Shown piece after piece: positions 46,587-58,179 of a stretch of 64,000 nucleotides of DNA. The notes below the pieces were generated by a model. It searched no databases. It saw only the letters and a program-made list of their open reading frames with translations, and was not told the DNA's origin. The position numbers and the translations under genes were made by a program. Where the stretch lies: assembly GCA_963784975.1 (NCBI GenBank), contig CAWAUK010000044.1:33523-97522 (forward strand), read 5' to 3'. Each line of letters opens with the position of its first letter. Position 1 is the first letter of the stretch. Source of the DNA: an uncultured Thermoleophilia bacterium (GTDB lineage Bacteria; Actinomycetota; Thermoleophilia; UBA2241).

Positions 46587-47856
46587 CCGCCGCAGCAGAA
46601 GGCCACCGAAGGCGAGCATTCGTGCGGGACTGCGGAGCAGCACCGCACATCGGCCGTCGAGCGCGGCGCCGGAGGGGCGCCGCTCTCCGCCGCCGCTCCC
46701 AGGACGACACCCTGGTGCGGGTCGAGGACCTCCGCGTCCACTTCCCCATCACCAGTGGTGTCATCCTCCAACGCAAGGTCGGCGCCGTGTACGCGGTGGA
46801 CGGGCTCACGTTCGACGTGCGCCGCGGCGAGACGCTCGGCCTGGTGGGCGAGAGCGGCTGCGGCAAGAGCACCACCGGCCGCGCCATCCTGCAGCTCATC
46901 CGGCCCACCACCGGCCGCGTGCTCTACGAGGGCGGCGACCTGGCCAACCTCAAGGGGAGGCGTCTGCGCGAGCAGCGCAAACGCATGCAGATGATCTTCC
47001 AGGACCCCTACGCAAGCCTGAACAGCCGCATGACGATCGGCGACATCATCGGCGAGCCGCTGCTGGTCCACAAGATGGGGACCGAGCCCTGCAAGACCTG
47101 TGACGGCAGCGGCACGAAGCCGGAGACGATGTCGGAGGTCTGCCCCAGGTGCCAGGGCCGCGGCGTGGTCGCCCGCAACCTCACCAAGGCGGAGCGCAAG
47201 GCCAAGGTGCGCGAGCTGCTCGAGACCGTGGGCATCAACCCGAACACGCTGAACCGCTACCCCCACGAGTTCAGCGGCGGCCAGCGCCAGCGCATCGGCA
47301 TCGCCCGGGCGCTGGCGGTGGAGCCCAACTTCATCGTCTGCGACGAGCCGATCAGCGCCCTGGACGTGTCGATCAGGGCGCAGATCATCAACCTGCTGCA
47401 GCAGCTGCAGCGGGAGTTCGGGCTCACCTATCTGTTCATCGCCCACGACCTCAGCGTCGTGCGTCACATCTCGGACCGCGTCGCGGTGATGTACCTCGGG
47501 ACGCGTCGTCGAGCTGGCCGAGAACGCCGAGCTCTACGAGGCGCCGATGCACCCGTACACGCAGGCGCTGCTCTCCGCCGTGCCGATCCCCGACCCGGAG
47601 GCCGAGGAGCGGCGGCGACCGGTGGTGCTCACCGGCGACGTGCCCAGCCCCGTCGAGCCGCCGAGCGGCTGCCACTTCCACACGCGCTGCCCGGCGGCCA
47701 AAGGACGGCCTCTGTGACGTCGACGACCCGCCGCTGCTCGAGGTGCGCCCGAGCCACTGGGCCGCGTGCCACCTCATCACCGGCAGCGACTACCCGCACA
47801 TCCGCGCCGGCGAGGACGACCTCGCCGTGGTGGCCGGAGGTGGTGACCCGGCGTGA
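46583..47856 (+). CDS. oppF: oligopeptide/dipeptide ABC ATP-binding protein with zinc-finger insert, frameshifted near 47500 and 47700
   Basis: [61 protein letters not shown]. Confidence 0.88.
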
Positions 47857-48883
47857 GCTACATCCCGCCGCAGGGCCCGGGCTAGCGACCAGATCGTGCA
47901 CGGCCTGGAGCCCGAGACGGAGATCGACCTCGGGCTCGGCTCCACCTACGTCCGGCGCCTCAGAGATCGCTACGGCCGTCGGCGCCGCCGGCATGTGGAG
48001 CCCCGACGCGCTGCTCATCGAGCACCGCTCGCTCTGGGGCGAGATCTGGCGGCGCTTCCGCCGCGACAAGTTCGCGATGGTCGGCGTGGTCATCATCATC
48101 CTGCTCGTCCTCGTCGCCGTGCTGGCGCCGTGGATCGCGCCGCACGACCCGACCAAGCAGTACGACGAGGGCCTGACCATGCAGGGCATGCCCGTCGGGC
48201 CGTCAAGCCAGTTCTGGCTGGGCACCGACACGCTCGGCCGCGACCTGCTCAGCCGCCTCATGTACGGCGCCCGCGTCAGCCTCGTCGTCGGCGTGCTCGC
48301 CAACGGCTTCGCGCTCGTGCTCGGCGTGATCTTCGGCCTCACCGCCGGCTACTTCCGCGGCGGGACCGAGACGCTGCTGATGCGCATGACGGACGTGATG
48401 ATGGCGTTCCCCATCATCCTGTTGGCCGTGGCGCTGGTGAGCGTGCTCAAACCGAGCATCTGGATCCTGATCCTCGTCATCGGCATCGTGTACTGGACGC
48501 CGATGACGCGCGTGATCCACGGCGAGGTGCTCAGCATCCGCGAGAAGGAGTTCGTCGACGCGGCGCGGCTCACGGGTTGCAGCAACCGGCGCATCCTCAC
48601 CCGCCACATCCTGCCGCACCTCGTCGCCGTCATCCTCGTGTACACCAGCCTGGGTCTCGCCACCACGATCCTCTTCGAGGCGACGCTCAGCTACATCGGC
48701 CTCGGCATCCAGCCGCCGACGCCGTCGTGGGGTCAGATGATCAGCGAGGGCCAGCCGTACTACCTCTCGGCGCCGCACCTCGTGATCTATCCGGGACTCG
48801 CGATCATGATCACGGTGCTCGCGTTCAACCTCGTGGGGGACGGGTTGCGCGACGCCTTCGACCCGCAGCAGCGCAGGCGATGA
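47853..48883 (+). CDS. oppC: peptide ABC permease (N-terminus with indels)
   Basis: [44 protein letters not shown]. Confidence 0.9.
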
Positions 48884-48924
48884 CCACGACACACACTGGA
48901 TGGGGCACGTCCAAGGAGGCAGCT

Positions 48925-50611
48925 ATGACTCGTCGTTCGATCAGCGGAGGTGTCTTCGCGACCGTCGCGGTGCTGGGACTCGTCCTGGTGCTGGCGCTCG
49001 GACTCGCCGCGTGCGGCACCACGACCGGCGGCGGAGGTGGCGGCAGCCCCTCCTCGTCCTCGGACCAGCCCAGGCAGGGCGGCACGCTCACCCTGTCGTA
49101 CCTCACGGAGCCGTCGAGCCTCGACCCGGCGATCGCCTGGAACGTCATCGACTGGCAGATCGAGCACGACATCTACCAGGGCTTCCTGCAGTACGCGCAC
49201 GAGCCCGGCCAGGCCGGCACCGAGCTCATCCCGTGCCTGGCGACCGAGGTGCCCAGCACCGCCAACGGCGGCATCTCGGCCGACGGCAAGACGTACACCT
49301 TCCACCTGCGCAAGGGCGTCAAGTTCCAGCCGCCGGTCAATCGTGAGGTGACGGCGGCCGACTTCAAGTACAGCTTCGAGCGCATGATGCTCGAGCCGCG
49401 CGCGCCGGCCACGTCCTTCTACATGGGCGTCGTCGGCGCCGACGAGTTCATGAAGGGCAAGGCCACTGAGATCGCCGGCTTCAAGGCCGTCGACGACTAC
49501 ACCGTCGAGATCACGCTCAAGAACCCTGACCTCTCCTTCCTCAACGCCGTCACCATGGACTTCTGTGACGTCGTGCCCAAGGAGTGGGTCGAGAAGTGGG
49601 GCAAGCAGTTCAACCGTCACCCGCTGGGCACCGGCCCGTTCGTCTTCCAGAAGTGGACGCCGGGCCGCGAGATCGTGCTCACCCGCAACCCGCAGTACTG
49701 GGAGCAGGGCAAGCCGTACCTCGACACGATCGACTACCAGCTTTCGTTCAGCCCGTCCACCGCCCTGCTCAAGCTCCAGCGCGGCGAGGTGGACGTGCTC
49801 GGCGACGGCATGCCCGACCGCCGACCTGGCGCGCATCCAGGTCGACCCCAAGTGGAAGCAGCAGATCTTCTCGCAGCCGCTGGTCGCGATCAGCTACATG
49901 TTCATGAACGTCGGCATGAAGCCGTTCGACAACGTCAAGGTGCGGCAAGCGCTGAGCTGGGCGATCGACCGCGACAAGCTCGTGAAGCTCCAGGGCGGTC
50001 AGGCGATGAGCCTCTGGCAGTTCTATCCCAAGGGCATGCCGGGCTACCAGGAAGGCAAGGTCTACTACGGCTACGACCCGGCCAAGGCCAAGCAGCTGCT
50101 CGCCGAGGCCGGCTTCCCCAAGGGGTTCAAGACGATGCTCTACACCGACAACGTCGACCCGAACCCCAAGCTCTGGACGTCGGTCCAGGCGGACCTGCAG
50201 GCCGTGGGCGTGCAGGCCGAGCTCAAGACGATGAGCAACAACAGCTACTACTCGCAGCAGTCCACGCCCAAGACGCTCACCGCCGGCAGCTTCGGCTGGT
50301 GGATGGACTTCCCCGACCCGAGCGACTGGATCGCCCCGCTGTTCAGCAAGTCGGCTGCGGTCCCCGGCGGCATGAACTCCAGCTTCTGGTGGAGCCCCAA
50401 GCTGGAGAAGATGTTCACTGAGGCTCAGGCCATGACCGACCCGCAGGCGCGGATCGACAAGTTCACCGCCATGCAGGAGTACATCGCCACGCAGGCTCCC
50501 TACGTGCCCTGCTACCAGCCCATCCAGACCACGATGTGCACCGAGACCACGGGTGGCTTCTACCTGCACCCGGTGTACGAGATCGACCCGACGCAGTACT
50601 GGAAGAAGTAG
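48925..50611 (+). CDS. peptide ABC substrate-binding lipoprotein 1 (family 5), frameshifted near 49815
   Basis: LAAC lipobox, SLDPA, SADGKTYTFHLRKGVKF, GTGPF, PFDNVKVRQAL. Confidence 0.88.
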
Positions 50612-50654
50612 AGAACATCCGAACCTGAGGGTGGGGCAGGAAAGGAGCCAGGAC

Positions 50655-52346
50655 ATGAGGGGACGCACGACGATATGGGTGGCTGTGGCGCTGGTAGTGC
50701 TGCTGGCCCTCGCCGTTGGACTCGCCGCCTGCGGCGGTCGAGCAACTCGGGCGGCGGCACCAGCAGCAGCACCGCAGCCTCGAGCGGCACGCCCGTCAAG
50801 GGCGGCACACTCACGGTCACTTTCCAGGGCGAGCCGACGGAGCTCGACCCGGCGGTCGCCTGGGAGGTCGAGTCGTGGAGCATCGAGCGGCTCACATACC
50901 AGACGTTCCTCACGTACGCGCCGCAAGTCGGGCGAGGCCGGCACGGTGCTGGTGCCCGACCTCGCGACCGAGGTGCCGTCCGCCGCGAACGGCGGCATCT
51001 CCGCCGACGGCAAGGTCTACACCTTCCACCTCAAGAAGGGCATCAAGTTCGCCCAGCCGATCAGCACCGAGGTCACGGCGGCCGACTTCAAATGGAGCTT
51101 CGAGCGGATGATGAAGGAGCCGCTCGCGCCGGCGACGTTCTTCTACACCGGCATCGTCGGCGCCCAGGACTTCATGGACGGCAAGGCCAAGGACATCAGC
51201 GGCTACAAGGTCGTCGACCCCAACACCGTGCAGATCACCCTCGAGAAGCCGGACGGCGCGTTCCTGATGGCCATGACCATGCCGTTCACGTCCGTGATGT
51301 CCAAGGCGTGGTGTGCCAAGGTCGGCAAGCAGATCAAGCGCAAGCCGCTCGGCACCGGCCCCTACGTCATCACGAACTGGACGGCCGGCCAGTCCATCAC
51401 CGCCGAGAAGAACACCAACTGGACCGGGACCAGCCAGCAGTGGGTCGACAAGATGGAGTTCGACTTCACCGCCAACCCGAGCACGGCGCTGCTCAGACTC
51501 GAGCGCGGCGAGGTGGACGTCCTCGGCGACTCCATCCCGAGCGCCGACTACATCCGCACCAGGAACGACCCGACCTGGAGCAAGTACATCGTCTCGCGCG
51601 CCGCAGATCGCCTGGTACTACGTCTTCATGAACGTGCTCGAGAAGCCGTTCGACAACATGAAGGTCCGCCAGGCGATCAACTACGCGATCGACACGGCGC
51701 AAGATCCAGAAGCTGCTCGCCGGGCCAGGGTCAGTCGCTCAACCAGATCTATCCCAACGGCATGCCCGGCTACCAGGCGGACAAGCAGTTCTACACCTAC
51801 GACCCGGCGAAGGCGAAGCAGCTGCTCGCCGACGCCGGCTTCCCGAACGGGTTCAAGACGACGTTCGTGACCCACAACGTCGACCCGTTCCCCAAGCTCG
51901 CCCAGGCGGTCCAGGCCGACCTCAAGGCGGTGGGCATCAACGCGGAGCATCAAGCAGATGGACCGCGCCACCTACTGGGACTACATCAGCCTCAAGAAGT
52001 CCCACGCCGCCATCGGCCTCAGCGACTGGTACCAGGACTTCCCGGACCCGAGCGACTGGATCGGGCCGCTGTTCACGCAACCCGATCGACGGCGGGGCCG
52101 AACTCGAGCTTCTACGAGAACCCGCAGGTCAACACGCTGTACGGCGACTCGGCGAGCGAGCTCGACTCGGCCAAGCGCATCGACATGTTCGAGCAGATGC
52201 AGGACATCATCATGACCGACGCGCCGACGGCCCCGCTGTACCAGCCCACGTGGAACGGCATGTACGGCAAGACGACCGGCGGCTACTACATCAACCCCGT
52301 CTGGATCTTCACGTTCCAGGACTACTGGAAGACCGACGGCAAGTGA
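50655..52346 (+). CDS. peptide ABC substrate-binding lipoprotein 2 (family 5), several indels
   Basis: LAAC lipobox, ELDPA, SADGKVYTFHLKKGIKF, GTGPY, PFDNMKVRQAI. Confidence 0.85.
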   Translation: MRGRTTIWVAVALVVLLALAVGLAACGGRATRAAAPAAAPQPRAARPSRAAHSRSLSRASRRSSTRRSPGRSSRGASSGSHTRRSSRTRRKSGEAGTVLVPDLATEVPSAANGGISADGKVYTFHLKKGIKFAQPISTEVTAADFKWSFERMMKEPLAPATFFYTGIVGAQDFMDGKAKDISGYKVVDPNTVQITLEKPDGAFLMAMTMPFTSVMSKAWCAKVGKQIKRKPLGTGPYVITNWTAGQSITAEKNTNWTGTSQQWVDKMEFDFTANPSTALLRLERGEVDVLGDSIPSADYIRTRNDPTWSKYIVSRAADRLVLRLHERAREAVRQHEGPPGDQLRDRHGARSRSCSPGQGQSLNQIYPNGMPGYQADKQFYTYDPAKAKQLLADAGFPNGFKTTFVTHNVDPFPKLAQAVQADLKAVGINAEHQADGPRHLLGLHQPQEVPRRHRPQRLVPGLPGPERLDRAAVHATRSTAGPNSSFYENPQVNTLYGDSASELDSAKRIDMFEQMQDIIMTDAPTAPLYQPTWNGMYGKTTGGYYINPVWIFTFQDYWKTDGK

Positions 52347-52388
52347 GGCGATGACCGTGGCACGGCGCAAGGCGAGCAGGCGGCGACG

Positions 52389-53320
52389 ATGGGTAAGTAC
52401 GTCGTCCGCCGGCTGCTCTGGATGGTGGTGGTGCTCTTCTTCGTGAGCCTCATCACGTTCCTGCTCGCCTTCGCCGTGCCCGGCGACCCCGCCAAGAGCA
52501 TCGCCGGCACGCACGCCACGCCGGAGATCCTGGCGAGGATCCGCCACACCCTGGGACTCGACCAGCCGCTCTAGAAGCAGTACGGCCTCTACCTCTGGCA
52601 CCTGCTGCACGGCAACATGGGCTACAGCTACGAGACGCTAGCTGCCCGGTGGCGACCGCCATCCTGCAGCGCTTCCCCGCTACCGTGATGATCGCCATGT
52701 TCGGCATCTTCTTCGAGCTGCTCATCGGCATCCCGGTGGGCATGACCAGCGCCCTCAAGCAGTACGGCATCCGCGACCGCTCCTTCACGGTGCTCAGCCT
52801 GCTGTTCCTCAGCATGCCGATGTTCTTCCTCGGCATGATCCTCATGTACCTCTTCGCCTTCCAGTGGCAGATCTTCCCGCTGGGCGGCTACGAGGGCTGG
52901 ACGGCGCCCCTGTACGGGATCCTGCCGGGGCTCACGCTCGGCCTCACCGGCGCCGCCTGGTACTCGCGGCTGCTGCGCAGCAGCATGCTCGACATCCTCA
53001 ACGCCGACTTCGTGAAGGCGGCCCGGGCCAAGGGCCTTCCCGAGCGCACCGTCGTCTGGCGGCACATCATGCGCAACGCCTGGAGCCCGATCGTCACACT
53101 GCTCGGCATGGACGTGGGCTGGTTCCTCGGCGGCGTGCTCATCATCGAGATCGTCTTCGGCATCCCCGGCATCGGCGGGCAGGCCTACCAGGCCATCCAG
53201 ACCCAGGACCTGCCGCTCATCATGGGGACGGTGCTGTTCGCCGCCCTGCTTGTCACGTTGAGCAATTTCGTAGTAGACCTTGCCTACACGTGGCTCGACC
53301 CGCGCGTGAAGTACAGCTGA
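52389..53320 (+). CDS. oppB: peptide ABC permease with internal TAG (52572-52574) and indel near 52640
   Basis: YVVRRLL, PGDPA, LGLDQPL*KQY, ARAKGL, QDLPLIMG, LDPRV. Confidence 0.82.
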
Positions 53321-53354
53321 TCTGACCCGCCGCCCCGGCGCCGGGAATCATCGC

Positions 53355-55068
53355 ATGGCCGGCTCCCGTCCGACAGATACGTTCGGCCCCGTCAGGTCGC
53401 GGCTCATCGCCGTGGCCGAGTACCTGCGCGCCCGTCCCCTCCGGCTGTTCTTCGCGGGCAGCGCTGCTCATCGTCGCGTTCCTCGTGCCGTTCCACTACG
53501 TCAACTGGCAGGCGCATTTCATCGGGCTGCCCGCGGCCCTCGTCTCGCTGACCGTGGTCGCGGGGGCGGTCTCCGGCGGGCCGCGCGTGGGCATCGCGCT
53601 CGCGCTCGTCGCCGGCGTCGCCTACGACATCCTCGCCATCAGCGACCGATGGCTCGTCCAGGGCGCGACGTCCGCCGCGGTCGTCGTCCTCTGGGTCTGC
53701 GCCGGCCTGGGCGTCGGGCTGCTGGGCGACCGCTACCGCGCGCAGGTCGCGCGAGCGCTCGACGAGGCCCACCGCTCGCGCGACGCGCTCGACCGGGTGG
53801 TCGGGGCGACACCGCTGTTCCACGCCCGGGGCGGCCCCGCGGCGGTGGCCCGGGCGATCTGCGACGTCACCCGCGAGACCTTCGACTGCGACCTCGTCGC
53901 GCTGTTCGCGATCGAGGGCGAGCGGCTGCGGCTGCTGGCCCGCTCGCCGTACCTGTCCAGGAGCGGCGAGCGGCTGATCATGGAGCCGTCGTTCGAGCTG
54001 CAGCGGGAGCTCGCCGAGAACCTCCTGCCGCAGTTCATCCACGACGTGCGCGAGCCGTTCGGCCCGCGCGTGCCGCGCGTCATCACCGCCGACCCCGAGC
54101 AGGTCTCCGCCATCCGCGCACCGGTGCTGCTCGACGACCAACCGGTGGCGCTGCTGGCCATGAGCTGGGCGCGGCGCATGCCGGAGCCCGAGCGCGGCGA
54201 GCTCGGCGTCGTGCAGCGCTTCGCCGAGCACGCCGCTGTGGCCCTCGCCCAAGCCCAGCGCACCCAGGCGCAGCAGGACGTGGCCGCGCTCTACCGCCGG
54301 TTCCAGGCGAGCCTCTCGCCGGCGGTCAAGGTGGAGACTCCGTTCGTCAAGGTGGCCACCTTCTACCGCCCGGGCGAGGGGCGCATGCTGCTCGGCGGAG
54401 ACTTCATCGACGCCGTGACGCGGCCCAACGGGTCGCTGGCCGCGGTGATCGGCGATGTCACCGGCCACGGCCCGGACGCCGCGGCGCTCGGCGCCAGCCT
54501 CCGCGCCGCGTGGCGCGCCCTGGCCCTCCGCGGCGCGTCCCTGCAGGCGAACATGAAGACGCTGAACAGCCTGACGCTGGACGAGAGCGACCGCGCCGAG
54601 CAGGGCGAGCTCGGCCTCGGCCTGCTCGCCACCGTCTGCGCGGTCGAGATCGACGCGGCCGGCCGCCGCGCCCGCTTCGTCAACGCCGGCCACCCCATGC
54701 CCCTGCTGCTCGGGACCGAGGCCGTGCCGCTGGTGCACACGCCCGGCATGATGCTCGGCGTGGAGCAGTACGGCGACTGGGCGCCCCACGAGGTGACGCT
54801 GCCGGACGAGTGGGGTCTCCTCCTCTACAGCGACGGCATCGTCGAGGCGCGCATGGCGCCCGGCTCGCGCGACAGGCTGGGGCTGCAGCGACTCCTCCCG
54901 GCCGTCGACGACCTCTGGCGGCGGCGCGCGACGACGGCCGCCGACCTCCAGACGCTCGTGGACGGCGTCCGGGCGGACCGGGAAGGCGTGCTGGAGGACG
55001 ACGTCACCCTGCTGCTGCTGTCCCGCGACGGCGTCGGCGCCGGCCACAGCCGGGGTCACGTGGTGTGA
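53355..55068 (+). CDS. membrane GAF-SpoIIE/PP2C (RsbU-like) phosphatase, frameshifted near 53450
   Basis: TM helices, GAF-like region, GGDFID, IGDVTGHG, NAGHP, YSDGIVE, EDDVT. Confidence 0.85.
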
Positions 55069-55135
55069 GGGGCCGCGCGGCTGCCCGCCGGGCCGCGGCG
55101 ACGAGGAGCGGGCGGCACAGGCCCACCCCGGCTCG

Positions 55136-55738
55136 TCAGTCCTGGACGACCTCGCCCGGCAGCCCGGACTCGAGCAGCTCCGGCAGCGAGCGCTGCAGCA
55201 TGAACTCGAGCACCGCGTAGGCCCGGCTCATGTCGAACTCGTCGTCGATGGCCTCCTGGATCGCCAGGCCGTCGACGACGGCGGTCATGAGCTCGGCGAC
55301 GCCGAGCAGCGCCTCCTGCTCGGGCGGCGTCGGCTCGTCGCCGCCGCGCAGCCAGTCGCGCTTGATCTGCCGGTAGGAGTCGTAGGCACGGGCCATCCGG
55401 CTCCTGAGCCCCTCGTTGCGCAGCGCGTACGGCAGGATGTCGAAGAAGACGCGGAACGAGCGCGAGGAGCTGATGGTGCGCAGGCCGTCCACGAACCGCG
55501 GCAGGCGGTCGTCGCTCGTGACCGTGCTCATGGCGGCCGCGGCGTCCTGCTGGTCGTCCCGGAACACCGAGTCGATCATCGCCTTGACGAGGCCCTCTTT
55601 GTTGCCGAAGTAATACTGCACCATGGCCGAGTTCTCGCCCGACTCCTGGGCGATCGCGCGCAGCGTCAGACCGGTGAAGCCCTTCTCCACCAGCACCCGC
55701 TGCGCGGCGGCGAGCATGTTGAGAGCAGGCGGCGACAT
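55136..55738 (-). CDS. TetR-family transcriptional regulator
   Basis: GFTGLTLRAIA...MVQYYFGNKEGL; true start may be GTG 55863 with an indel near 55740. Confidence 0.9.
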   Translation of the reverse strand: MSPPALNMLAAAQRVLVEKGFTGLTLRAIAQESGENSAMVQYYFGNKEGLVKAMIDSVFRDDQQDAAAAMSTVTSDDRLPRFVDGLRTISSSRSFRVFFDILPYALRNEGLRSRMARAYDSYRQIKRDWLRGGDEPTPPEQEALLGVAELMTAVVDGLAIQEAIDDEFDMSRAYAVLEFMLQRSLPELLESGLPGEVVQD

Positions 55739-55883
55739 ACCCGCCTGGGGTCACCGCTGGGCTGCGCGGTATCGCCGTCGCGGCGCGCGGCGTGACCGTT
55801 CGTCGCGGCGCCGGCCGCGGCAGCGGACGACTTCACGGTCACGTCAGACTCGGCTGGACTCACGGCGGCTTCCCTCTTGGCAG

Positions 55884-55912
55884 TTGAAGTTAATCACTTG
55901 ATTGATTAGACT
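55884..55912 (+). promoter_or_regulatory. housekeeping-sigma promoter with overlapping TetR operator
   Basis: TTGAAG-N17-TAGACT with palindrome TAATCA-N6-TGATTA (55891-55908) in the spacer. Confidence 0.65.
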
Positions 55913-55968
55913 CCTTCCAGCCGCACCAATCAACCCCCCAGCCAGCGAGAGGAACGAGAGGACCCGCA

Positions 55969-57507
55969 ATGGCGACAGTCGAGAAGACCGACGTGCAGAT
56001 GCTGAAGTACTGCGTCGACGGCGAGTGGCGCGAGTCGACGACCGACACGTACATGGACGTCACCGACTCGAGCACCGGCGAGGTGTTCGCCAAGGCGCCG
56101 TGCTGCACGGCCGCCGAGGTCGAGGGCGCCATCGAGAGCGCCCACCGGGCCTTCCAGACCTGGTCGACCACGCCCATCCAGAAGCGCACCCAGGTGCTCT
56201 ACCGCTGGAAGGCCCTGCTCGAGGAGCACGCCGAGGAGATCACGTTTCTCTGCTCTCGCGAGCTCGGCAAGAACCTCGACGAGGCACGCGGCGAGGTCAT
56301 CAAGATCATCGAGGGCTGCGAGGTCGGCGTCTCCGCCCCGATGACGATGAAGGGCGAGTCGCTCATGAACGTGTCCACCGGACACGACACCGTGAGCTAC
56401 CGCGAGCCGATCGGCGTGTTCGCCGGCATCGCGCCCTTCAACTTCCCCGGCATGATCCCCTTCGGCTGGATGCTGCCGCTGTGCATCGTCACCGGCAACA
56501 CCCTGGTCCTGAAGCTGGCCAGCATGGTGCCGACGACCGGCATGCGCCTGCTCGAACTGCTCTACGAGGCCGGCCTGCCCAAGGGCGTCGTCAACGTCGT
56601 CACCTGCTCGCGCGTCGAAGCCGAGATCATGATGACCCACCCGCTGGTGCGCGGCGTCAGCTTCGTCGGCTCGACCAGCGTCGGCAAGCACGTCTACTCG
56701 CTGGCCGCCGCCCACGGCAAGCGCGTCCAGGCCCAGACCGAGGCCAAGAACCACGGCCTCGTGCTCGCCGACGCCTCGCTCGAGCGCGCCGCCGCCGGCA
56801 TCATCAACTCGACCTTCGGCTGCGCCGGCATGCGCTGCATGGCGCTGCCCGTGATCGTCGTGGAGAACGCGATCGCCGACGAGTTCATCGGCTACATGAT
56901 GGAGTTCGCCAAGCAGCGCGTCGTCGGCTGCTCCTACGACCCCAAGACCGAGCTCGGCCCGGTCGTCTCCGCCGACCACCAGGCCTCCGTCAAGGGCTGG
57001 ATCGACAAGGGCGTCGAGGAAGGCGCCGACCTGCTCCTCGACGGTCGCGACCTCGTCGTGCCCGGCTACGAGAACGGCTTCTTCGTCGGCCCGACGATCT
57101 TCGACAACGTGACCGAGGACATGGCGATCGGCCGCGAGGAGATCTTCGGCCCGGTGCTCGCCATCAAGCGCGTCGCCGACTTCGAAGAGGGCATCACGAT
57201 CATGAACGACAGCCGCTTCGCCAACGGCTCCTGCATCTTCACCGAGAGCGGCTACTACTCGCGCGAGTTCGCCAAGCGCACGCACGCCGGCATGGTCGGC
57301 ATCAACGTCGGCATCCCGGTGCCGGTCAGCTTCTTCCCGTTCGCCGGCCACAAGGAGTCGTTCTTCGGCGAGAGCCACGTGTTCGGCCTCGACGGCATCC
57401 GCTTCTTCACCGAGAGCAAGTGCGTCACCTCGCGCTGGTTCACCGAGGTGGAGAAGAAGGAGAAGAAGGTCGGCACCTGGGAGGGCACCGTCAACAAGCA
57501 GTGGTGA
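55969..57507 (+). CDS. mmsA: CoA-acylating methylmalonate-semialdehyde dehydrogenase
   Basis: APFNFP, SFVGST, AKNH, FGCAGMRCMAL, EEIFGPV, GINVGIPVP. Confidence 0.9.
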   Translation: MATVEKTDVQMLKYCVDGEWRESTTDTYMDVTDSSTGEVFAKAPCCTAAEVEGAIESAHRAFQTWSTTPIQKRTQVLYRWKALLEEHAEEITFLCSRELGKNLDEARGEVIKIIEGCEVGVSAPMTMKGESLMNVSTGHDTVSYREPIGVFAGIAPFNFPGMIPFGWMLPLCIVTGNTLVLKLASMVPTTGMRLLELLYEAGLPKGVVNVVTCSRVEAEIMMTHPLVRGVSFVGSTSVGKHVYSLAAAHGKRVQAQTEAKNHGLVLADASLERAAAGIINSTFGCAGMRCMALPVIVVENAIADEFIGYMMEFAKQRVVGCSYDPKTELGPVVSADHQASVKGWIDKGVEEGADLLLDGRDLVVPGYENGFFVGPTIFDNVTEDMAIGREEIFGPVLAIKRVADFEEGITIMNDSRFANGSCIFTESGYYSREFAKRTHAGMVGINVGIPVPVSFFPFAGHKESFFGESHVFGLDGIRFFTESKCVTSRWFTEVEKKEKKVGTWEGTVNKQW

Positions 57508-57565
57508 CGGCGTCACCGGGGCGGTCGCCGCGCGGCGGCCCCGGCGCAGCTGAGCGTGACCCGCG

Positions 57566-57600
57566 AAAGGGCGGGGTGACCAACGGTCACCCCGCCCTTT
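57566..57600 (+). terminator. intrinsic terminator after mmsA
   Basis: 16-bp perfect stem AAAGGGCGGGGTGACC-AAC-GGTCACCCCGCCCTTT. Confidence 0.75.
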
Positions 57601-57729
57601 GCGTCGCACCGAGGCCGGAGGGCGGGCAGGCCCGCCGCCCGGCCTCGCCATCCTGCCCGAGCCGGTCGTCGTCGAAATGGCCGCCATCGGGTAGGTACGT
57701 CGGCAACACCATGACCAAAGGAGACCGAC

Positions 57730-58179
57730 GTGGCTCACGAGTTCCCCGAGATCACCGCCTACGGGCCGGCGCTCCGCTTCGCCCTCGAGGCGGAGCAGGC
57801 GTGCGCCGACTTCGCGGCTGCCGCCGGCGTCGTGGCGCCTGACCAGGAGTGGCAGGACAAGCTCGAGGAGATCGTCTGCACGCACGACGACCGCGTGCAG
57901 AAGCTGATGACGCAGCAGGGGCAACTCGGCGACAGGGCGTCCGCTCCGGCCGGCTCGCTCAAGGGCGCCCCGTACCTGGGCGTGCTGGACGCCGAGCCCG
58001 AGACGAGTTGGCCGGCGGCCGTGGAGCAGCTCATCCAGGCCGAGGAAGACACCGCGCGCTACCATGAGGAGTTCGTGATGCAGTGCGCGGACACGCTCGA
58101 GTTGCAGGCGCGCCTGTTCGGCAAGAGCGCCCAGCAGGACCGCGCGTACGCCGCGGAGCTCAGGGAGCTGCTGGAGTAG
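57730..58179 (+). CDS. ferritin-like four-helix protein
   Basis: AAGGAG RBS; ALRFALEAE...H and LIQAEE...Y helical repeat pattern. Confidence 0.5.
   Translation: MAHEFPEITAYGPALRFALEAEQACADFAAAAGVVAPDQEWQDKLEEIVCTHDDRVQKLMTQQGQLGDRASAPAGSLKGAPYLGVLDAEPETSWPAAVEQLIQAEEDTARYHEEFVMQCADTLELQARLFGKSAQQDRAYAAELRELLE

Noticed and set aside
46583-48883. ATPase-permease fusion (766 aa ORF)
   Set aside because: Indels near 47500-47950 join oppF and oppC; the normal OppF C-terminus is present in other frames.
52572-52574. In-frame TAG in oppB as possible pyrrolysine or readthrough
   Set aside because: It falls at a non-catalytic position that is usually Trp or Tyr (LDQPLx), one base from TGG/TAC, in the most error-rich region; a sequencing error is more likely.
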